Virus record (IMG/VR): IMGVR_UViG_3300017917_002740 | Coordinates: 30,390 to 94,389 of that record | Reading direction: 5' to 3' (one strand) | Length of the DNA: 64,000 nucleotides | Source of the DNA: a virus | Part shown: positions 58,571-64,000 of the stretch, piece after piece | Position numbering within the stretch: position 1 is the first letter of the stretch | Layout: each line of letters begins with the position of its first letter | Position numbers and translations under genes: made by a program | The notes under the pieces: model-generated | Told to the model about the DNA's origin: nothing | Databases searched by the model: none | The model's input: the letters and a program-made list of their open reading frames with translations, nothing else

Positions 58571-59637
58571 TGTGGCAACTTAAAATCTTTGATATTTGCT
58601 GTGTTTACAAAGTCTATGATTTCTTCTTCATAGCGTTTTGCATATTCTTCTTTGAGATACGGTTGCCAAAAATCTTTTTGTAGATTGCTGTAGTCGTGCT
58701 GTATACGATAACACAATCTATCTTTGATATCACCTAATCTGCGATGAAGTGTAATTGAATTATCAAACAGACAGAAGTCCCCTTCGTTGGCATACCAATG
58801 ATCATAGATATATTGATCAACAAATAGTCCTCGATTTATTTCGTCGAACACTGCTTGAGATTCTTTTTCAGTCATACCTTTGATGCTGTGTATGGTATTA
58901 ATAGAATAATGTAGGCCAACTATTCCTCCAGGACTGCGCATGACAATAGGTATTTCAACACCGTCAACTGGACACATATTGGCATGCATGACTTCATCTT
59001 GTTCTATTCTTAGACCTGGATTAATTCTGCCTGGTGTAAACTTGTGTATCAAAATCATTTCATCTAATTCGCTGCGAAAGCTGTTAGAAACTGATTCGTA
59101 ATAATCCGGGGTAGTTAAAAATCCTGTTGACGAACCTACTACATTTTTTGCAGCCAACAATGCTACGCCGGGTGTAAATGTTAGTGTACCACTTTCATTT
59201 GAGTGCCATAGCAGTTCACCTTCGGCGAACATTCCTAAAGGATGGCCATTTTCATCACGTTGTCCAGTTACACGCATAATATGTCGTCCTGTGATAGGAT
59301 CTACTTCTTGCATGCGAGCAATATTAGATAATCTAATTTTATCAATTTCTTCAATTTCAGAACTATTCTCCAAGCTGAGTTTTACTACTTGGCTCCAAGT
59401 GTATTGCGGATATTTTTTGAGGATGTTATATCTAATACCATAGCGAGTGTCACCCCATTTCATTAACCACTCGGGTTGATTTTGCCATTTGAGATTACAG
59501 TCTCTAATAATAGTTACAAAATTTTCTAAATGTAATCGACCGATTTCCATCCACTCTTCGTCCGAAAGGTGATCAAAATCAACACCGTCGATGAATATAC
59601 CAAATCGTCCTAAACCTGGTATTTTTGAAATCTTCAT
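58567..59637 (-). CDS. TauD/TfdA-family dioxygenase
   Basis: LLWHSNE, T.F, H.W..GD..LFDNSITLHRR..R..YR. Confidence 0.85.
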   Translation of the reverse strand: MKISKIPGLGRFGIFIDGVDFDHLSDEEWMEIGRLHLENFVTIIRDCNLKWQNQPEWLMKWGDTRYGIRYNILKKYPQYTWSQVVKLSLENSSEIEEIDKIRLSNIARMQEVDPITGRHIMRVTGQRDENGHPLGMFAEGELLWHSNESGTLTFTPGVALLAAKNVVGSSTGFLTTPDYYESVSNSFRSELDEMILIHKFTPGRINPGLRIEQDEVMHANMCPVDGVEIPIVMRSPGGIVGLHYSINTIHSIKGMTEKESQAVFDEINRGLFVDQYIYDHWYANEGDFCLFDNSITLHRRLGDIKDRLCYRIQHDYSNLQKDFWQPYLKEEYAKRYEEEIIDFVNTANIKDFKLPQ

Positions 59638-59640
59638 AAG

Positions 59641-59676
59641 AAAGCCCTTAAACGTTATACACTATTTAAGGGCTTT
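59641..59676. terminator. Hairpin/terminator overlapping a TAAATA late box
   Basis: aaagcccttaaa..tttaagggcttt 12-bp stem, with tattta at 59663-68. Confidence 0.6.
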
Positions 59677-59700
59677 TATGTAATTAAGTTTTGATTATGA

Positions 59701-60792
59701 TTAGACTGTTGTCCAAGCAGTTCCATCAAATACCACAGTCTTGTTAGTAACTGCAGGTACAGTACCAGACTGCATAAACACCATCATTCCCTGTTGAGGA
59801 GTTGGAATGGCTGCTGCACGAGCAGCGTCATTAGCATATACCGCCAATTGAACAGCACCTGGCAATACCAAGGTTCCATTGCCTTGGAAAACATATGCAC
59901 TGAAATTTGATCCGCCTGCTGATGTTGCAAAAATCAAATCAGATTCTGGATTAGCATCGGCCATGTTAGCTGATGCAGACAATTGATTCAACATACCAAA
60001 AGTAGATTTAAATGTTGAACCGTCATAAACACGTATTACCATACCTGCAGCTTCATCACCTGCTGCAAGACTTGTTGGGGCAGTTAACGTTCCTTTAGAA
60101 ACTAAGAAACCAATATTAGGTGGAGTTGTGCCATCTGTGATACTTCTAATAGCAAATGGATACTCTGTTAAACCTGTTACTGCAACTGTTGTGGGATTAG
60201 CAGGATTACCAAGATTAAGTTCGCCATCTGGATGACTAATAGAACTTGTAGTAATAGAACCATCAGTTTGATCTACGATTATAGTACTATCTGCTGCAAC
60301 AATACTTCCCTGAACATCACCTGTAACATTACCGTTTAGGCTGCCTGTTACATTTCCTGTAACATTACCTGTTAAGTTTCCTGTAACATTACCTGTAACA
60401 TTACCTGTAACGTTTCCAACTAAAGTTCCTCTAAGAGTACTACTTACACCGTCTACTAAAATTGTCGAATCGTCAGCTACAAAAGTGCCTTTAAATGCAT
60501 CTGCTTTAACAGTTCCAGCATAATCTGATAAATTTACTGTAGCTGTTATTAAGTTTGTAGAACTATTATATGTAAAACCAATACCAGTATGTGTTCCACC
60601 TGTAAAGATAGCTGCGGCTGCATCTTGTGCATCGTTGTTTGTGTAACCAGTAATCTGTATTCCACCTAAAGTAGAACCGTTACCGATGTATAGTCTTTGA
60701 TCATCAGTGACATACAACAACTCGCCTTGTGCAAGTGGTTGTGTCATCGCTACACGTTCTGCTTGAGTGCCTCTGCGAATCTGTAAGGGCAT
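59701..60792 (-). CDS. Tail fibre-like protein with Mtd/hyaluronidase-type N-terminus and GNVT repeats
   Basis: MPLQIRRGT..LAQGEL..LYIGNG and (GNVT)n. AGGAG SD and an upstream TAAATA box. Confidence 0.75.
   Translation of the reverse strand: MPLQIRRGTQAERVAMTQPLAQGELLYVTDDQRLYIGNGSTLGGIQITGYTNNDAQDAAAAIFTGGTHTGIGFTYNSSTNLITATVNLSDYAGTVKADAFKGTFVADDSTILVDGVSSTLRGTLVGNVTGNVTGNVTGNLTGNVTGNVTGSLNGNVTGDVQGSIVAADSTIIVDQTDGSITTSSISHPDGELNLGNPANPTTVAVTGLTEYPFAIRSITDGTTPPNIGFLVSKGTLTAPTSLAAGDEAAGMVIRVYDGSTFKSTFGMLNQLSASANMADANPESDLIFATSAGGSNFSAYVFQGNGTLVLPGAVQLAVYANDAARAAAIPTPQQGMMVFMQSGTVPAVTNKTVVFDGTAWTTV
60314..60417 (-). repeat. Degenerate 12-bp coding tandem repeat (G-N-V/L-T)
   Basis: cctgtaacatta-type units encoding GNVTGNVTGNVTGNLTGNVTGNVTGSLNGNVTGDV. 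Confidence 0.85.
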
Positions 60793-60838
60793 ATTAATAA
60801 CTCCTGGAAATTTCCTGTCTAATATATTTATGCCAGCC

Positions 60839-60867
60839 AAAAAAATAGGGCTCCGAAGAGCCCTATT
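60839..60867 (-). terminator. Intrinsic terminator
   Basis: AATAGGGCTC-TTCG-GAGCCCTATT followed by a T run on the minus strand. Confidence 0.9.
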
Positions 60868-60879
60868 AAAGTGCGTAGT

Positions 60880-61488
60880 TTAATCTACAATAGGTCCGTT
60901 TCCGTTACGAAAACCTACTTGCCCGCCCTCTTCTGTAATGCGTTTTAGCACATCTTCGAAAAGTATAGGCGCAAAGTCCGGAGTTTGTTCTACACAAACA
61001 CAGTGATATCTTGTATCAATTTCATCACTGTACAAAATAGCACCTGTTCTGGCATCTACTCCGCGGGCTTTTTTTACACGTTGATAGTGTAAGTGTCCGT
61101 GAATATTAACGCCAAAACGTCCCAAACTTGCTTCGTGGACAGGAATATGACTAAGAATCATACCGTTCATAACATGGTAAGCACGAAGCTCACGGAAGTA
61201 CATGCGGTACTCATCATCACGGAAAATATCGTGGTTTCCACGGATCAATACTTTGTCACCGTTTAATCTACGAAGTGTAGCCAACGCTTTTCTGTTGATC
61301 ACAACATCGCCTAAATGGTAGACTTTGTCCGTAGGACGAACACGATCGTTCCATGCTTTGATCATAGCTTCATCCATTTCTGCAGGATCGTCCCACGGGC
61401 GAAGTTTTGTAACTCCATCATCTCGAGTGAAACGGCACACACCAGCGTGACCGAAGTGCGTATCACTCACTAACCATACGCTTGGCAT
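60880..61488 (-). CDS. Calcineurin-like metallophosphoesterase
   Basis: SDTHFGH, HLGD, GNHD, SH and HGHLH motifs. Confidence 0.9.
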   Translation of the reverse strand: MPSVWLVSDTHFGHAGVCRFTRDDGVTKLRPWDDPAEMDEAMIKAWNDRVRPTDKVYHLGDVVINRKALATLRRLNGDKVLIRGNHDIFRDDEYRMYFRELRAYHVMNGMILSHIPVHEASLGRFGVNIHGHLHYQRVKKARGVDARTGAILYSDEIDTRYHCVCVEQTPDFAPILFEDVLKRITEEGGQVGFRNGNGPIVD

Positions 61489-61505
61489 AATGCCCTCCTT
61501 TTAAA

Positions 61506-62081
61506 TTAATCGAAATATTCTACGTCTGCAGCCAGTACAAATCTGTATTGATTGCTCTGAACTATACCCGGACGATGCCAGGTATTTCCTGGATATATTA
61601 ACCAACTATAATTAGATGGTTTAATAAAGAATTTATTATCACTGTCTAATCCTTCTGGAGCCATTTCTGTTCCAGCGTAGTCAAAGTCTTTAACATCGTT
61701 AGGTATATGAAGATAAAATATACCACTCATTATTTTACCATTAGGTTGTTGCGGATGCCAATGATGATGCCATAACTTTTCACGATCTTCGGCACCTTCG
61801 AGATTGGTCATAAAAGACCAAGCCATCATGTTACCTACTTTAACTTCTCGACCAAGATACATGAATACACTGAATAAAAAGCTCATACGATACTTCAACC
61901 ATATAGACTCTTGCCTTTTAAAAATATTTTCTTTTGTTTGAAACTTAGGAGAATTAGTAAAATAATTTCCATCAGCGATAATATTTTTAATTATTCCGCA
62001 AGCTTCTTGATTATCTTGCTCTGTTATAGTACTGCTAAAATCAAACTTACGAAAGATTAAATCTTGATCTATTACCTGCAT
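61506..62081 (-). CDS. Putative 2OG-Fe(II) oxygenase
   Basis: WHHHWH..SGIFYL..GTE..IYPGNTWHRP..RFVLA. Confidence 0.65.
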   Translation of the reverse strand: MQVIDQDLIFRKFDFSSTITEQDNQEACGIIKNIIADGNYFTNSPKFQTKENIFKRQESIWLKYRMSFLFSVFMYLGREVKVGNMMAWSFMTNLEGAEDREKLWHHHWHPQQPNGKIMSGIFYLHIPNDVKDFDYAGTEMAPEGLDSDNKFFIKPSNYSWLIYPGNTWHRPGIVQSNQYRFVLAADVEYFD

Positions 62082-62082
62082 A

Positions 62083-62643
62083 TTATTCCTTGTATACACC
62101 AGGGTCCAAATCAGTGTCCATATTCCAACTGATAATAGTTTTTTGATCGCCCTGATTGACTGGTGCTCTGTGTACTACGAAGCTGGGGAAAGTAAGTATA
62201 TCTCCCTCAGCTATATCAAATTCCGAAACAGTGGTCTGATCAAATGGATTTATCATCTGCGTCTTAGGGCTGTTAACAGGAAGATCGAGATAATATACAC
62301 TGGTCCAATTATATCCATGAACATGCCAACCGTGGTACGATTCAGCCTTGTATTGCTGAAACCATATTTCTTTGATAGTAAATTTAGAATACCCCATGAA
62401 CTCAGTTTGAGTAATGAGATGCTCTATTAAATGAGGTCTAAAAATTTCTAACCAAGGACGGTTAGGTTGAAATCGAAAGATGTTCCAATCACTTTTGCTT
62501 ATGTTTACATTGCCGTGATCTTCAGTAATGTTCCCCAGTGGAATGATAACATCGTTGATTGCTTTTAAGACTTGAGATTTAATCTGCTCATGCTTGGCAA
62601 ATCTACTGATAATGATAGGACACTGTATACCTGTTTTTTTCAT
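62083..62643 (-). CDS. Putative 2OG-Fe(II) oxygenase (TIGR02466-like)
   Basis: WFQQY..HGWHVH..SVYYL..EGDILTFPSFVVHRA..KTIISWN. Confidence 0.7.
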   Translation of the reverse strand: MKKTGIQCPIIISRFAKHEQIKSQVLKAINDVIIPLGNITEDHGNVNISKSDWNIFRFQPNRPWLEIFRPHLIEHLITQTEFMGYSKFTIKEIWFQQYKAESYHGWHVHGYNWTSVYYLDLPVNSPKTQMINPFDQTTVSEFDIAEGDILTFPSFVVHRAPVNQGDQKTIISWNMDTDLDPGVYKE

Positions 62644-62650
62644 GCAATTA

Positions 62651-62724
62651 TGGAGCGGGATAGGAGAATCGAACTCCTAACCGAAGATTGGAAATCTGCT
62701 GTTTTACCATTAAACTAATCCCGC
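62651..62724 (-). tRNA. tRNA-Gly(TCC)
   Basis: GCGGGAT/ATCCCGC acceptor stem, anticodon loop TT-TCC-AA, GTTCGATTC and encoded CCA. 74 nt. Confidence 0.93.
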
Positions 62725-62747
62725 GGTGAAGTATTTACAACTTTGTT

Positions 62748-62822
62748 TGGTTGCGGAGGCTGGAATCGAACCAGCGATCTTCAGGTTATGAGCCTGACGA
62801 GTTACCTCTTCTCTACCCCGCG
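62748..62822 (-). tRNA. tRNA-fMet(CAT), initiator type
   Basis: CGCGGGG..CTCCGCA with a C1:A72 mismatch. TCAGG-CTCATAA-CCTGA anticodon arm and encoded CCA. Confidence 0.92.
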
Positions 62823-62833
62823 ATAGTCTTAAC

Positions 62834-62939
62834 TTTAAGGAATAGACTGAAGGGAATTTATAGAGCCCATCGGTCGGCAAACCGACTTGCACACCTTCCA
62901 TTGCCGTGGTATAATGCACTCGTCAATCTACTCTTTAAA
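62834..62939 (-). ncRNA. Candidate structured RNA upstream of tRNA-fMet
   Basis: A 17-position closing stem (one mismatch, G-U pairs) encloses two internal hairpins. Confidence 0.5.
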
Positions 62940-63146
62940 ATTGTTTAGCCACTTACACCACATAAGCCCTAAACTGAGCTGTTACTCTGTCCATTAACCT
63001 TTCAATATAGACGGTGTTAACATCCGCCTTTGTGATTTTTCAAGTCGCCCATGTAAGCGGGCCTTGCGGCAGATCCAATGCGCCGTGTCTTTTATGGTAC
63101 AGACAATTGACCCCCAATACTTACGAGTAAGGGACCCCGGGTATTC

Positions 63147-63719
63147 TTACAGTAGACCTTCCGCTTGTAGTAGAGCTACTGTGTCCTCACTCAACGGAAT
63201 TTCTGTCTTGATATTCAATTCGAGAATCTCATCGTTGAGTTTTTGTTTCTGTTTTTTGAGATTAAGAATCTCTGTCTTGGCCTGAGCGATCTGCGACGCA
63301 TCTAATACTCCAGTACTCACTGTGTCGGCATAGCCGTAGACACTGCGACGACTTTCGCCTTTGTCGTTACGAATCTTTTCTAACTTGCCTTTGATCACAG
63401 TGACATCAGTGATTTCAGTGGCTGCAGCCAATTGTTCGAGTTGACCGATACGCTTATCAATGAATGCTGCCTTAGCCAGAGCTGTGTCGATTCCGCTGGC
63501 TGCATTTGCTGTACCTACCAGAGCTCTAATGTTATAAAGAGCCATAGTGAGTTGCTGTCTACGACCATCGTTAACGATTAATTCGTTATTGACTTTGGCC
63601 AGAGTCTGTTCAACATCTTGAAATTCATTGATCTCAATAGTAAGATCAATTTTGATATTTTTTAATGTATCGTTGATGCTGTTTTGTACTGCATTTGCTT
63701 TGCGAAGTGTGATATTCAT
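63147..63719 (-). CDS. Coiled-coil protein, DIP1984/'septicolysin'-like by eye
   Basis: Start revised to MNITLRKA. Shows N..A..AL....I..L and C-terminal L..Q...LNDEILELNIKTEI patterns. Confidence 0.6.
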   Translation of the reverse strand: MNITLRKANAVQNSINDTLKNIKIDLTIEINEFQDVEQTLAKVNNELIVNDGRRQQLTMALYNIRALVGTANAASGIDTALAKAAFIDKRIGQLEQLAAATEITDVTVIKGKLEKIRNDKGESRRSVYGYADTVSTGVLDASQIAQAKTEILNLKKQKQKLNDEILELNIKTEIPLSEDTVALLQAEGLL

Positions 63720-64000
63720 TGTGTCTCTCTTTATAAAATTAAAACGGTTCGGTAAAAGGTCAAGTAATAGACCGGACAATTGACAGGGGAAGGGCCGAGC
63801 CCATACTCTCCGACAACTTGCAATAGACAGGCGACAGAGGCCTGATTATTTCCGATCAGCAAATGACAGGTATTAGATAAAATCGGATCACTCAAGCACG
63901 GACACTTTTCAATTGTGTTTGCCAGAATTAGAATTAGGATTATAAGTCCTAATCTTTTGTCTATCCTCTTCTACCTTCTACCTCACCGGTTGGAACATTA

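Noticed and set aside
30474-59637. RiPP precursor peptide for the SPASM enzymes
   Set aside because: Genes abut or overlap, leaving no free small ORF with leader/core character, and no PqqD/RRE, protease or transporter was recognised. A precursor outside the window cannot be excluded.
59701-60792. Diversity-generating retroelement suggested by the Mtd-like N-terminus
   Set aside because: No reverse transcriptase and no TR/VR repeat pair were seen in the window. This N-terminal domain is common in fibres.
62940-63000. Pistol or HDV-like (theta) ribozyme suggested by TAAGCCCTAA / GGCTAA strings
   Set aside because: I could not build the required pseudoknot pairings. The sequence folds as a simple hairpin.
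62710-63285. ORFs 62710..62919, 62751..62948 and 63064..63285
   Set aside because: They overlap tRNA genes, structured RNA or the real minus-strand CDS, so they are spurious.
1-64000. Stop-codon reassignment, selenocysteine or a CRISPR array
   Set aside because: Recognisable genes are full length in the standard code with high coding density. No suppressor tRNA or repeat-spacer array was seen.

Overview
A 64-kb segment of a large AT-rich tailed phage genome with T4-like features: gp9/gp10-type N-termini on virion proteins, TAAATA late-promoter boxes, consensus sigma70 early promoters, thyX and tRNAs. The host is probably a Gram-negative proteobacterium, inferred from IscU/IscA and KdsA. Layout: (1) 0.4-16 kb, four large tail/baseplate-type proteins; (2) 16-22 kb, host-like genes iscA, iscU, sod, uvsE, a glycosyltransferase, kdsA and queD; (3) 22-30 kb, two paralogous virion-like proteins, early hypothetical genes, thyX and an Hc1-like protein; (4) 30.5-59.6 kb, a dense island of about 31 tailoring enzymes, including 13 radical SAM proteins (2 B12-binding), 8 Fe(II)/2OG oxygenases, 2 PLP enzymes, a PP-loop ATPase, a methyltransferase, a GNAT-like protein, 2 SGNH-like and 2 kinase-like proteins; (5) 59.7-64 kb, a fibre protein, a phosphoesterase, two more 2OG oxygenases, tRNA-Gly, tRNA-fMet and structured non-coding stretches. 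Best leads: the late-promoter-driven enzyme island with its own Fe-S/SOD support genes, a preQ1-I-like pseudoknot in the queD leader, a tRNA-Leu-like RNA lacking a normal anticodon loop, apparently leaderless transcripts, and ncRNA candidates around a DIP1984-like coiled-coil gene. All protein calls come from motif recognition by eye, not database searches.
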